NCBI GenBank assembly: GCA_031419215.1
Contig: JANOKL010000408.1
Coordinates: forward strand, 1 to 58,362
Source: Luteolibacter sp.
GTDB taxonomy: Bacteria; Verrucomicrobiota; Verrucomicrobiia; Verrucomicrobiales; Akkermansiaceae
Length of the DNA: 58,362 nt
Direction of reading: 5' to 3'
The number at the start of each line of letters is the position of its first letter. Positions within the stretch are counted from its first letter, which is position 1. The translations under genes were made by a program, and so were the position numbers. This document shows positions 18,245 through 31,350 of this stretch, piece after piece. Below the pieces are notes generated by a model, which saw nothing but the letters and a program-made list of their open reading frames with translations, did no database searches and had not been told where the DNA came from.

Positions 18245-19807
18245 ATGAACCACATCCTTCTAACAACTCCCGCACTCATCGATGCCGCCGCCTGGATCAC
18301 CCCGCTGCTGATCCTCACCTTGATCTGCGTCCTGATGCTCCTCAGGGATGGCAAAGATGCGGCGGCGGGCGCGGCGCTGGCTGCACGTGGGGTTTGCGCC
18401 ATCGCGGTCCTGCTGGCGATCGGTGTCATGCTTGCGGGGCCCATGCGATTCGAACTGGCGGCCTGGGGCCCCGCCAAGCTGGCGTTTCTCGTCGATCCGC
18501 TCTCAGCGCTGATGCTTGTGCTCGTCAGCTTTCTCGGTGTGGTGGTGACCCGTTACGCGACCAATTACCTCGAGGGTGATCCTCGCCAGGCCACATTCTC
18601 CGCGTGGCTTCTGACGACACTCACGAGTGTGATGGTGTTGGTGGCTTCGAGCAATCTGCTGATGTTCACGCTCGCCTGGATCGCCACAAGCCTCAGCCTG
18701 CATCAGCTTCTCACCTTCTACCGCGAACGCCCGGCGGCACTCATCGCGGCGAGGAAGAAGTTCATCATCAGCCGGCTCGCCGACGCGTGCATGATCGCCG
18801 TACTGGCGCTGGTGTGGAACGGGCATGGCACCTGGGAGTTTCATCAGCTGTTCGCCAACCCCGCCGGACCGCACTCGGGTCTGGTGGCCGGCCTTCTCGT
18901 CGCGGCGGCGATGCTGAAATCCGCGCAGTTCCCATTCCACTCCTGGTTGCCCGACACGCTGGAGACACCCACCCCGGTCTCCGCGCTGATGCACGCCGGC
19001 ATCATCAATGCGGGTGGCTTTCTGATCGTGCGGCTGAGCCCGCTTGTCACTCAGTCCACGGTCGCGTTGAACACCTTGGCGCTTCTCGGAGCCCTCACCG
19101 CCCTGTTTGCCAGTGTGGTCATGATGACGCAAACGAGCATCAAGAAATCGCTCGCCTGGTCAACGGTGGCGCAGATGGGTTTCATGATGCTGCAATGTGG
19201 TCTCGGAGCCTTCGCACTGGCGATGCTGCACATCGTCGCGCATTCACTCTACAAGGCGCATGCCTTCCTGAGCAGCGGCAGCGTGGTGAATCTCGCGAAG
19301 TCCGCATGGACACCCGTCGGACGGCCAGCGGCGCATCCCGTGGTGGTGTTTGGCTCTCTCGCGGCTTCCTCCGCGGTGGGCTTCGGCATTGCCGCCGCGC
19401 TCGGGGTCACGCTGCAGAAGGATCCGGGCCACACGCTGTTGATCGCAGTCTTCATCATGGCCATGGCCCACCTGCTCTGGACCCTCTGGAGCAGCAGCAT
19501 GAGACAAAGGCTGATCCTGCGCGGACTCGGCATTGTTGTCGCCGCGACGGTGGCTTGTTTCACGCTGCACGCAGGCTTCGAGCATCTTCTTGCATCGTGC
19601 CTGCCGTCCTATGAGCCGGTGCGCAGCGGAGTGGAAGGCGGCGTGATGATCCTCGTGGCGTTGCTCTTCCTCGCCGTGCTCGTTTTCCAGTCCCAACTGC
19701 CCTCCTGGGCCTCCCGTCCTGTGGTTGCCCGTCTCTACGTGCATGCCAGCAACGGCTTCTACCTCGGCACGCTCTTCAATCGGATCACACGCAAATTCGT
19801 CGCTTGA
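18245..19807 (+). CDS. dabB: DabB/MpsA-like NuoL-family proton-conducting membrane subunit of an inorganic carbon transporter
   Basis: KSAQFPFHSWLPDTLETPTPVSALMHAGIINAGG, SLAWSTVAQMGFM and HSLYKAHAFL; directly upstream of a DUF2309 gene. Start uncertain (18191-18245). Confidence 0.85.
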   Translation: MNHILLTTPALIDAAAWITPLLILTLICVLMLLRDGKDAAAGAALAARGVCAIAVLLAIGVMLAGPMRFELAAWGPAKLAFLVDPLSALMLVLVSFLGVVVTRYATNYLEGDPRQATFSAWLLTTLTSVMVLVASSNLLMFTLAWIATSLSLHQLLTFYRERPAALIAARKKFIISRLADACMIAVLALVWNGHGTWEFHQLFANPAGPHSGLVAGLLVAAAMLKSAQFPFHSWLPDTLETPTPVSALMHAGIINAGGFLIVRLSPLVTQSTVALNTLALLGALTALFASVVMMTQTSIKKSLAWSTVAQMGFMMLQCGLGAFALAMLHIVAHSLYKAHAFLSSGSVVNLAKSAWTPVGRPAAHPVVVFGSLAASSAVGFGIAAALGVTLQKDPGHTLLIAVFIMAMAHLLWTLWSSSMRQRLILRGLGIVVAATVACFTLHAGFEHLLASCLPSYEPVRSGVEGGVMILVALLFLAVLVFQSQLPSWASRPVVARLYVHASNGFYLGTLFNRITRKFVA

Positions 19808-19832
19808 GAACCCTTCAACCCACCACTTCTCC

Positions 19833-22334
19833 ATGACCTCCACCCTCACATCAACTCCTGCTGCAGAAGCAGACCTCAAGGCCTCCCTTGTTGCGAAAAC
19901 GCCAAACTGGCTGCGGCACGCCCAGAATGCCTGCCTGCGCGTGCCGCCGCTGTGGCCGCTGCACAGCTTCGTTGCCGTCAATCCCTTTGTCGGCCTGACT
20001 GGCAAACCGTTCGCCGAAGTGTCCGGCCTCATGCAGCGCATCGCCCACGAGGGCATGCTGATGAGCGTGGATTATTTCCAGCAGCAGTTCACCTGCGGCC
20101 GCATCACCACGTATGATCTCCTGACGGCGATCCAACAGGAGGGAGCGGAGATCAGCCCGGAGATCCTGCTCGATTGGCTGAAGAACCCGGAACCCGGAAC
20201 GGCTGCCGGCGTGCAAAGCCTCGCCGACATCGCCACGACTCGGCATTGCGGCTCCTGGAGCACATGGATCACCGAGGAGATCTCGAAATGGTGCTCGGCG
20301 TACTATGACGAAGGTCAGTCCGCCTGGCGCTTGCCGTGGAAAAAGCAAACGCTCTTCACCGCCTGGAGGCAGGCGGCGATGATTGATGCCACCCCCGAAC
20401 TCATCGGCTTCAAGGGCTTCCGCAAGCTCGTGGCGGATTTGCCTGAAAGCTCCGCCGAAGCGCTGAGCCTCATGCTCGGCAAACTGGCGGTGCAGGCCGA
20501 CCTGGCAGAGGACTACCTCCATCGTCTGCTGATGACATTGCCCGGCTGGAGCAGTTACGCGCAGTATCGGGTGAGGGAGAGGGCGATGAACGGCATGCAC
20601 GATGAGTCGTTGCTCGACCTCCTCGCGGTCCGGTTGGCCTTTGAAGTTCAACTCGCAAGGCAGTTCGACAGCGCGGGCATCCATCAACAATGGATGGAGA
20701 GCCTCTCTGGCCAGCAGTCCGCCGCCGACCCGACCCTCCAGAAGCAGCTCTTGTGGCATTCCGCTCTCGAGATCGGCTTCCAACAGGAACTGTGCTCACA
20801 GATCAAGGGAAGACCCGCCAACCGCCAACCAAATAAGAACGCCCGCCCGGAAATCCAGGCGGTGTTTTGCATCGACGTGAGATCGGAGATCATGCGTCGG
20901 TCGCTGGAAGCCTCATCCGGATCGATTGAGACGCTTGGCTTCGCCGGCTTCTTCGGAATGCCCATCGAGTTTGTCCCCTTCGGTCGGAGGCATGGCACTT
21001 CACAGGTTCCGGTGCTCTTTTCACCGAAGTACCGGATTCGCGGGCACATGCCGAATGCCACGCCCGAACTCGAGAAAAGCACCCGGCGGAAAATGCAGCT
21101 CGGTCGGCGGTTGGACCATTCCTTGAATGCGTTCAAAAACTCCCCCGTGAGCTCCTTCAGCTTCGTCGAGGCTGCGGGCATCGGCTACGCGTGGAATCTT
21201 GTGAAGGACAGCTTTCGCCTTTCCGGCAAGCGTGAGACCCAAGCTTGTGGCTCGTGCTTTTCACCAAATCTGCATCAGCCCAAGCACGTCTCGCCTGATC
21301 TCATCGACGACCCCCAGCCCGAGGCCGGCATCCCACCCGAGGATCAGGCTCAACTCGCGCTCGGCGCCCTGAAAAACATGGGCCTCACCAGCCATTTTGC
21401 GAGACTCGTGATGCTCTGCGGCCATGGCAGCGAAACCAAGAACAACCCCTATGCCGCCGGACTCGACTGCGGAGCCTGCGGAGGACATGCAGGGGATCCG
21501 AACGCCCGGATCGCCGCCGCGATCCTGAATCAGGCCCCTGTGCGCGAGGCCCTGAAAAGCCACGGTATCCACATCCCGGACGACACCCACTTCACGGCCG
21601 CACTCCATAACACCACCACGGACGAAATCACGCTCTTCGATGCCGACAAGATCCCACTCACCCATGAAACGGATCTCACCCAGCTCAGGCTCTGGCTCGG
21701 TGAGGCTTCGAAACGTTGTCGCAAACAACGCGCTGCCAACCTTGGCCTCAACAACCTCGGCGAGACGGCACTGGAAAAGTCCATCCTCGACCGCAGCTGC
21801 GACTGGTCACAAACACGGCCCGAGTGGGGTCTGGCAGGCAACGCCGCGTTCGTCGCCGCACCACGGGAACGGACCAGGAAGCTCGATCTGAAAGGCCGCG
21901 TCTTCCTTCACAACTACGACCACACTGCGGACACCACCAAAAGCACGCTCGAGCTCATCATGACCGCCCCGATGATCGTGGCGAACTGGATCAACCTCCA
22001 GTACTACGCCAGCACCGTGAACAACCGCCTTTGGGGCAGCGGCAACAAGGTCATTCACAACGTCGTCGGCACCTTCGGTATCCAGCAAGGCAACGGCGGC
22101 GACCTCAAGTCCGGCCTGCCGATGCAAAGCGTGCACAACGGCGAGAACTGGATGCACGAGCCACTGCGCCTCAGCGTCCTCATCGAAGCGCCTCGCAGCG
22201 ATATTGATGTCGTGATCGCGAACCACGAAAACGTGCGCCAGCTGGTGGAAAACGGTTGGCTCCACCTCTTCGCCATCGAGGAGGAAGGCCGTATCATCCT
22301 GAGGCGGGATGGCACCACCTGGAGGGTTTGCTGA
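19833..22334 (+). CDS. dabA: DabA/MpsB (DUF2309), beta-carbonic-anhydrase-like subunit
   Basis: PPLWPL.SFVAVNPF, QAVFCIDVRSE, CGHGS..NNPY..LDCGACGG, RPEWGLAGNA, WINLQYY and HEPLRL. Confidence 0.92.
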   Translation: MTSTLTSTPAAEADLKASLVAKTPNWLRHAQNACLRVPPLWPLHSFVAVNPFVGLTGKPFAEVSGLMQRIAHEGMLMSVDYFQQQFTCGRITTYDLLTAIQQEGAEISPEILLDWLKNPEPGTAAGVQSLADIATTRHCGSWSTWITEEISKWCSAYYDEGQSAWRLPWKKQTLFTAWRQAAMIDATPELIGFKGFRKLVADLPESSAEALSLMLGKLAVQADLAEDYLHRLLMTLPGWSSYAQYRVRERAMNGMHDESLLDLLAVRLAFEVQLARQFDSAGIHQQWMESLSGQQSAADPTLQKQLLWHSALEIGFQQELCSQIKGRPANRQPNKNARPEIQAVFCIDVRSEIMRRSLEASSGSIETLGFAGFFGMPIEFVPFGRRHGTSQVPVLFSPKYRIRGHMPNATPELEKSTRRKMQLGRRLDHSLNAFKNSPVSSFSFVEAAGIGYAWNLVKDSFRLSGKRETQACGSCFSPNLHQPKHVSPDLIDDPQPEAGIPPEDQAQLALGALKNMGLTSHFARLVMLCGHGSETKNNPYAAGLDCGACGGHAGDPNARIAAAILNQAPVREALKSHGIHIPDDTHFTAALHNTTTDEITLFDADKIPLTHETDLTQLRLWLGEASKRCRKQRAANLGLNNLGETALEKSILDRSCDWSQTRPEWGLAGNAAFVAAPRERTRKLDLKGRVFLHNYDHTADTTKSTLELIMTAPMIVANWINLQYYASTVNNRLWGSGNKVIHNVVGTFGIQQGNGGDLKSGLPMQSVHNGENWMHEPLRLSVLIEAPRSDIDVVIANHENVRQLVENGWLHLFAIEEEGRIILRRDGTTWRVC

Positions 22335-22378
22335 GCGCCTCATCCAGCGCCATGCGCCGAAATCAAATTCCCAGCAGC

Positions 22379-22409
22379 AAAAAAGGCGGCTTGTTTCCAA
22401 GCCGCCTTT
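22379..22409 (-). terminator. Intrinsic terminator of katG, possibly bidirectional
   Basis: AAAGGCGGCTT-N6-AAGCCGCCTTT with a T-run on the minus strand, between convergent dabA and katG. Confidence 0.75.
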
Positions 22410-22436
22410 GAGGATGTCAGTTCAATCCTGAGCCGG

Positions 22437-25850
<3,414 letters not shown>

Positions 25851-25854
25851 AGCG

Positions 25855-26016
25855 TCAGCGTTTTCCGCCGCGCATCACGAAGGAAACGATCCAGAGGATT
25901 AGGAAAACCACGAACAGAATTTTCGCAAATCCCATCGCGGTGCCTGCCAGGCCGGTGAAGCCGAGGACTCCGGCGATGATGGCGATGACGAGAAAGACAA
26001 GGGTCCAGTGGAGCAT
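25855..26016 (-). CDS. DUF1328 (YtjA-like) small membrane protein
   Basis: Hand translation (53 aa, below the ORF cutoff): [53 protein letters not shown]. Confidence 0.9.
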   Translation of the reverse strand: MLHWTLVFLVIAIIAGVLGFTGLAGTAMGFAKILFVVFLILWIVSFVMRGGKR

Positions 26017-26227
26017 GGGATCAGGAGGTTGAGTTCAAGGGCGACCGCATCATTGCCATCCACCCTTTTCGATTAATCCGTCCTTCCCCGGAGCTTGTCC
26101 AAACACTTCGCCACTTCGGGCAAATCGCTCCCGGATCGTGCAAATTTCCACTGGGCTTCCGCGCAGGAAAACCCGGAGTTGACAGCTGCGGCCCCGGACA
26201 CTACCCAAATGGCTCCCGAGCGGATCG

Positions 26228-26302
26228 GGCGGAGTAGCCAAGTGGTAAGGCAATGGTTTGCAAAACCGTCATTCGAGGGTTCGATTCCCTCCTCCGCCTC
26301 CA
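26228..26302 (+). tRNA. tRNA-Cys (GCA)
   Basis: Acceptor stem GGCGGAG/CTCCGCC, U discriminator, encoded CCA, D-loop AAGTGGTAA, anticodon arm ATGGT-TTGCAAA-ACCGT, and T-arm GAGGG-TTCGATT-CCCTC. Confidence 0.97.
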
Positions 26303-26322
26303 GCTCAGGCCGATTTAGCGCC

Positions 26323-27684
26323 TCAACTTCCAAGCTGGTCTTGATTCAGAGCCTCAAGCCTTTTTGCCAGGTTTGCGACAGGTGTATAAGTAAAGGCCTT
26401 TCCGGATTTGCTTCGTTGAAGGAGGCCTCTTGCTTCTAGAGCGACGAGATCGTTTTTTGCCGTCTGGTTCGAGATGCCGTGAGAGTTCTGATGGCTAACG
26501 ACCGTGTAGGCGGTGAATGGATGCTTCAGGGCATGCTTGAGCAGGGCAAGCTGGCGGGAATTGAAGTCTCCTCCGGCTCCGAAGGTTCGCCTCAAGGATT
26601 CTACCTCCTCTTGTTTGCGCCGAATATAGCTCTGAAGGGCTGAGATGGAGTCGCGAATCACTCCCAACTGATGGAGGATGAAGTAGTTCAGGTCGTTGTC
26701 GTCGGTCTCGGTGTGCAAGAAGGCTCGATAGTATTTCTTCGGTGCCTTCAGGATCTCATGGGAAATGGAGAAAAATTCAGCCAGCCAGAAGCCATGGCGT
26801 AGCATGGACCAATAAAAGAGCGCTCTAGCCGTTCTTCCATTTCCATCCACGAAAGGATGGTCGTAGGCGATCCAGAAATGCAATACGATGGAACGCACCA
26901 CGGGATGAAGAAAGCCTCTCATTCCCGGCTCGTTTGCGAATTCGCAGAGCGCCTCCATCCTGGCCGTCAGGAGCGAGGCATCAGGCGGAGTGTGCATCAC
27001 TTCACCGCTTTCCTCATCCTCGATCCGGACATCGTCCCCAGCAGCCCGGATGCGCCCCTCATCCTCCGGATTCTTCATCGTGCCACGAGTGATTTCCCTG
27101 TGGATCCGCAGGATGAGATTAGGCGTCAGTGCCTCGTTCTTGAGTTCCGACACCATCCTCATCGTGCGGAAATTGTTCACCACCATCCGTTCGTGTTCGG
27201 TCGACGGCGTTTGCTGACGACGGATCAGTTCACGCGCTTCGGAACGGGTCACGACGGCTCCTTCCAGTTGGCTTGAGGTCAAGGCTTCTTCCAGGATTGA
27301 ATTCACGTAATATCGGTCGCGGGTGTCCTTTTGGATCAGGCCGTCCTCCATCACGCTGATGGCTCCCCCGCAGTGCAGATCGATTTCATGGAGGATCTCG
27401 AATGCCTTTTGCGTGAGAAAATAGGTGAACGGATTGCCATTGATGCCAACCAAGGGAACGGGTTGGGATCTCGTAGAGCGGTTGAACCGAATGGCGGCCC
27501 ATTGCTCGGGAAGCGTCAAACCTTCGCCACTCGAAGCCCTGTGCCTGAAGTCATCCCAGTGGAGGTATCGGTCCTGGCGCTGGCTTTCCTGCTGACCGAA
27601 CCGGAAGAATTCCGCGATTTTTCCGCTCTGCAACATGGCTTCCATGAGGGGATGCCAGTCAGGGGGATTGGGGGGAAATCTCAT
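26323..27684 (-). CDS. Fic-family protein with a C-terminal wHTH-like domain
   Basis: HPFVDGNGRTAR Fic motif, TSSQLEGA inhibitory-helix-like motif and C-terminal SNQTAKNDLVALEARGLL. Confidence 0.92.
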   Translation of the reverse strand: MRFPPNPPDWHPLMEAMLQSGKIAEFFRFGQQESQRQDRYLHWDDFRHRASSGEGLTLPEQWAAIRFNRSTRSQPVPLVGINGNPFTYFLTQKAFEILHEIDLHCGGAISVMEDGLIQKDTRDRYYVNSILEEALTSSQLEGAVVTRSEARELIRRQQTPSTEHERMVVNNFRTMRMVSELKNEALTPNLILRIHREITRGTMKNPEDEGRIRAAGDDVRIEDEESGEVMHTPPDASLLTARMEALCEFANEPGMRGFLHPVVRSIVLHFWIAYDHPFVDGNGRTARALFYWSMLRHGFWLAEFFSISHEILKAPKKYYRAFLHTETDDNDLNYFILHQLGVIRDSISALQSYIRRKQEEVESLRRTFGAGGDFNSRQLALLKHALKHPFTAYTVVSHQNSHGISNQTAKNDLVALEARGLLQRSKSGKAFTYTPVANLAKRLEALNQDQLGS

Positions 27685-27691
27685 TGGTATT

Positions 27692-27788
27692 CTCCTAAAT
27701 TTTGAAAAACTAGGAGCAAATTAGGAGATTCTTTTAGAACCTCAAGCACCAACTCCTAATTTGTGAGAAACTAGGAGAAAATTAGGAG
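27692..27788. repeat. Two 36-bp direct repeats, each built from YTAGGAG half-sites, upstream of the Fic gene
   Basis: CTCCTAAATTTTGAAAAACTAGGAGCAAATTAGGAG (27692-27727) and CTCCTAATTTGTGAGAAACTAGGAGAAAATTAGGAG (27753-27788), 32/36 identical. Confidence 0.9.
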
Positions 27789-28189
27789 CAAGCGCTTAGG
27801 CCCTCATTATGAGGCTTTTGCGTAACCAACCAAGCCCCACTCTCAATCCTCTCCTGGATTCGTGATCGTCCAGATCCGTTTCAGGGGTAGCTCGGAGCGG
27901 AGGTCCTCGTCGAGGGCGTCGTTGTGGGTGAGGAGGCTACCTATCAGGTCGTTCCGGTTCCGGAGGCGCACGCGGAAGCGCCCCGAGCAGGGTTTCAGAG
28001 GGGAAGCTCCATTGCCTGGCCAGTCTGGGACCAGGTGTTTCCTGCGTGATGACCCACCTGGAAATACAGGCTGGAGAAACCCGGGCCGGTGGTATGGGGT
28101 GACGGCTCGGAAAGTTCCAGCGGCTGTCGGTCGTTCTGACCTCCCTGCCGATTTCGAAATTCCCCGCCTGACCGATTTCCGACCCACAC

Positions 28190-31100
28190 ATGGACTCCCT
28201 TTCCGGATCATTTCTCCGTCGCCCGCTGACCGTGGTGGTGGTCGTGCTCGCCATCGCGCTCGGCGCGGTCTTTGCCCTGCGGAAAATGCCGCGCGATGTG
28301 TTTCCGCCGCTTGGGATTCCGACGATTTACGTGGCCCAGCCCTACGGCGGCATGGACGCGGCGCAGATGGAGTCCTACCTGACCTATTTCTACGAATACC
28401 ACTTCCTCTACATCGCGAACATCGAGCACGTCGAATCGAAGTCGATCCAGGGTGCCTCGATCATGAAGCTCCAGTTCCATCCCGGCACCGACATGGCCGC
28501 CGCGCTGGCGGAGACGATCGCCTACGTGAACCGTGCCCGCGCCTTCATGCCGGCCGGTGCGCCGAATCCCTTCGTGACGCGCTTCGATGCCGGCTCGGTG
28601 CCGGTCGGCTACCTGACTTTCGCGACCGACAATCCCGAGCGGACGATGGGCCAGATGCAGGACGAGGCGCTGAACAAGGTCCGCCCGATGTTCGCGACGC
28701 TGCCGGGTGTGTCCGCTCCGCCGCCCTTTGGTGGCTCCGCCCGGACGATCGTCGTGAACATCGATCCCGACCGCCTGCGCGCCCGCGGCCTGACGCCGGA
28801 CGAGGTGGTCAACGCGATTTCGAAAGCCAACGTGATTTCCCCTTCCGGAAACATGATCGTCGGGGACAGCTACCCGATCGTCCCGACCAATGCCATCGTC
28901 GGCAAGCCGGCGGAGCTGGCGGACGTGGCGCTGAGATCCGATGCCCAGGGCGCGGTTTACATCCGTGACATCGGCAGCGTGACCGACGGTGCGGACCTGG
29001 TAACTTCCTACGCGCTCGTGAACGGCCGACGCACCGTTTACATCCCGGTGACGAAACGCGCCGAGGCCTCGACGCTCGCGGTCGTTTCCCAGGTGAGGGA
29101 AAACCTCGCCCGCTTCCAGGCCGCGCTGCCTGCCGACATCAAGGTCTCCTACGAGTTCGACCAGTCGCCGGTGGTCTGGCGTTCAATCAATGAACTGGCG
29201 AAGGAAGCCGGGCTCGGTGCGATTCTAACAGGCCTGATGGTCTTGCTCTTCCTTCGCGATTTCCGCAGCGCCTTCATCGTCGTCATCAACATCCCGCTGT
29301 CCCTGCTTTCCGCCGCCTTTGCGCTGTGGATGAGCGGCCAATCGGTGAACCTGATGACTCTCGGCGGTCTCGCGCTGGCGGTCGGCATCCTGGTGGACGA
29401 GGCCACGGTCGCGATTGAAAACATCCACACCCGTCTTGCGACCGGAGTCTCCCCGGCCCGCGCCTCGGCCGATGCGATCCGGGAAACGGCGATCCCGCGA
29501 CTGCTGGCGATGCTCTGCATCCTCGCGATGTTCATTCCCGCGTTCTTCATGGAAGGCGCGGCCGGCGCGCTCTTCAAGCCGCTCGCATTGGCGGTCGGCT
29601 TCTCGATGATTGCGAGCTTCCTGCTTTCCTCGACGCTGGTGCCGGTGCTGTCGATCTGGATGCTCCGCCATCGTGGGACGCAGGCCGAAGAGAAGCCGTT
29701 TCTCCTTTCGATTCCTTATCGCGCCGTACTGCGGCCACTGGTCGCCAGCCGCTGGTTGCTCGCGCCGGTGTATCTCGCCGTGGCCTTCGGCTTCCTCTGG
29801 CTGTTCGCTCCGAAGCTCGGTTCGGAAATTTTCCCGCGTGCCGACTCCGGGCAGTTCGCCCTGCGGTTCCGCGCCCCTGCTGGAACGAAGGTGGAGAAGA
29901 CCGAGGAGTTCGCGAAATCCGTGCTGGCCATCGTCGATCGCGAGGCAGGTTCCGGGAATGTTTCCCTGAGCATGGGCCTCGTCGGCGTGCACGCACCGAA
30001 CTACCCGGTGAACCTGATCCACCTCTGGAACGGCGGACCGGAGGAGGGCTGGCTGGCTTTCCAACTGAAGTCTGGCAGCGGAGTCGCTGTCGCCGCGCTA
30101 CAGGAAAAACTCCGCGCCGAGTTTGCGAAAAGCCTGCCCTCGCTGCGCGTTTCCTTCGAACCGGCGGACATCACTTCTCGCGTGATGGCCTTCGGATCGA
30201 ACACGCCGATTGAGGTCGCCGTCGGTGGCTCCGATCTAACCGTTTCTCGCGGCCATGCCGAAAAGATCCTCGCGGAAATGCGCAAGATCCCCGAGCTGCG
30301 CGATGCCCAGATCGCCCAAGAGCTGGATTTCCCGGCGGTGAAGATCGACGTCGATCGCGAACGCGCCGGACAGCTCGGAGTGAACGTGCAGGATGTCACC
30401 CGCGCGATGGTCGCCGCCACGACCTCGAGCCGGTTCACGCAGGCAAACTTCTGGGCGGATCCGAGCAAGGGCATTTCCTACAACGTCCAGGTCCAGATCC
30501 CGCAGAGCGAAACCAAGAGCTTGGAGGACCTCGGAAACGTGCCGGTGCCATCATCGAGCGGAGAGCCTGTGCTGCTGCGGAATTTCTCGAAGATCGGCCA
30601 AGCCTCGGCCGTCGGACAGTACGAGCGCTACAACATGGTCCGCGTCGTTTCGATCACCGCCAACTACCACGGCATCGACCTCGGCGGCATCCTCACCAAG
30701 GTCCGCAAGGCAGTCGCCGATGCCGGTGCGCCGCCCGCCAAGACCACCGTCGATCTGCGCGGCCAGGCGAACACGCTGGATGCGCTGAAGGACGGCTTTG
30801 CCAAGGGACTCGGCATTGCGGTGATCGTGCTGTTCTTCCTGCTGGCCGCGAACTTCCAATCGTGGCGACTCGCGATCGCGGTGACTTCAACGATCCCCGC
30901 TGTGTTGGTCGGCATCGTCGCTGTGCTCCATCTAACAGGCACCACGCTCAACATCCAGTCCGCCATCGGCAGCATTATGGCGGTCGGCGTGGCCGTGGCG
31001 AACGCGATCCTGCTCGTCACCTTTGCCGAACGCGAACGCCGCAGCCACGGCGGCGACTCGAAGCTGGCCGCCGTCGCCGGAGCCACCTCGCGCTTTCGTC

Positions 31101-31345
31101 CAATCCTGATGACCTCGCTGGCCATGATCGCCGGCATGATGCCGATGGCCCTGAACCTCGGCGGCGGCGGCGACCAGATGGCCCCGCTCGGCCGCGCCGT
31201 GGTCGGCGGCCTGGTGATGGCCACGCTTGCCACTCTCTTCATCCTTCCGGCCTTCTTCGCCTTGCTCGCAGGCAAGAGCACCCGGTCCGCGTCGCTCGAT
31301 CCCGACGATCCGGAAAGCCCGCACTATTCGCCCCTCAACTCCTGA
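28190..31345 (+). CDS. RND efflux transporter permease subunit
   Basis: 1051 aa with NLMTLGGLALAVGILVDEATVAIENI, RFRPILMTSLAMIAGMMPMAL and PLGRAVVGGL. Confidence 0.95.
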   Translation: MDSLSGSFLRRPLTVVVVVLAIALGAVFALRKMPRDVFPPLGIPTIYVAQPYGGMDAAQMESYLTYFYEYHFLYIANIEHVESKSIQGASIMKLQFHPGTDMAAALAETIAYVNRARAFMPAGAPNPFVTRFDAGSVPVGYLTFATDNPERTMGQMQDEALNKVRPMFATLPGVSAPPPFGGSARTIVVNIDPDRLRARGLTPDEVVNAISKANVISPSGNMIVGDSYPIVPTNAIVGKPAELADVALRSDAQGAVYIRDIGSVTDGADLVTSYALVNGRRTVYIPVTKRAEASTLAVVSQVRENLARFQAALPADIKVSYEFDQSPVVWRSINELAKEAGLGAILTGLMVLLFLRDFRSAFIVVINIPLSLLSAAFALWMSGQSVNLMTLGGLALAVGILVDEATVAIENIHTRLATGVSPARASADAIRETAIPRLLAMLCILAMFIPAFFMEGAAGALFKPLALAVGFSMIASFLLSSTLVPVLSIWMLRHRGTQAEEKPFLLSIPYRAVLRPLVASRWLLAPVYLAVAFGFLWLFAPKLGSEIFPRADSGQFALRFRAPAGTKVEKTEEFAKSVLAIVDREAGSGNVSLSMGLVGVHAPNYPVNLIHLWNGGPEEGWLAFQLKSGSGVAVAALQEKLRAEFAKSLPSLRVSFEPADITSRVMAFGSNTPIEVAVGGSDLTVSRGHAEKILAEMRKIPELRDAQIAQELDFPAVKIDVDRERAGQLGVNVQDVTRAMVAATTSSRFTQANFWADPSKGISYNVQVQIPQSETKSLEDLGNVPVPSSSGEPVLLRNFSKIGQASAVGQYERYNMVRVVSITANYHGIDLGGILTKVRKAVADAGAPPAKTTVDLRGQANTLDALKDGFAKGLGIAVIVLFFLLAANFQSWRLAIAVTSTIPAVLVGIVAVLHLTGTTLNIQSAIGSIMAVGVAVANAILLVTFAERERRSHGGDSKLAAVAGATSRFRPILMTSLAMIAGMMPMALNLGGGGDQMAPLGRAVVGGLVMATLATLFILPAFFALLAGKSTRSASLDPDDPESPHYSPLNS

Positions 31346-31350
31346 TCCGC

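Noticed and set aside
18245-19807. Respiratory complex I or Mrp antiporter subunit, or evidence of autotrophy
   Set aside because: No other nuo or mrp genes are present, pairing with DUF2309 indicates DAB/MpsAB, and there are no rubisco or carboxysome genes in the window.
27692-27788. Mini CRISPR array (36-bp repeats with a 25-bp spacer)
   Set aside because: Only two imperfect copies, internally built from repeated half-sites and overlapping an RBS, with no cas genes in the window; an operator explanation fits better.
26280-28190. attL/attR duplication of the tRNA-Cys 3' end
   Set aside because: No convincing second copy was found by eye and there is no integrase.
27843-28211. 122-aa minus-strand ORF between fic and the RND gene
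   Set aside because: It overlaps the RND start and has no recognisable motif; at most its last 45 or so codons could be a gene remnant.
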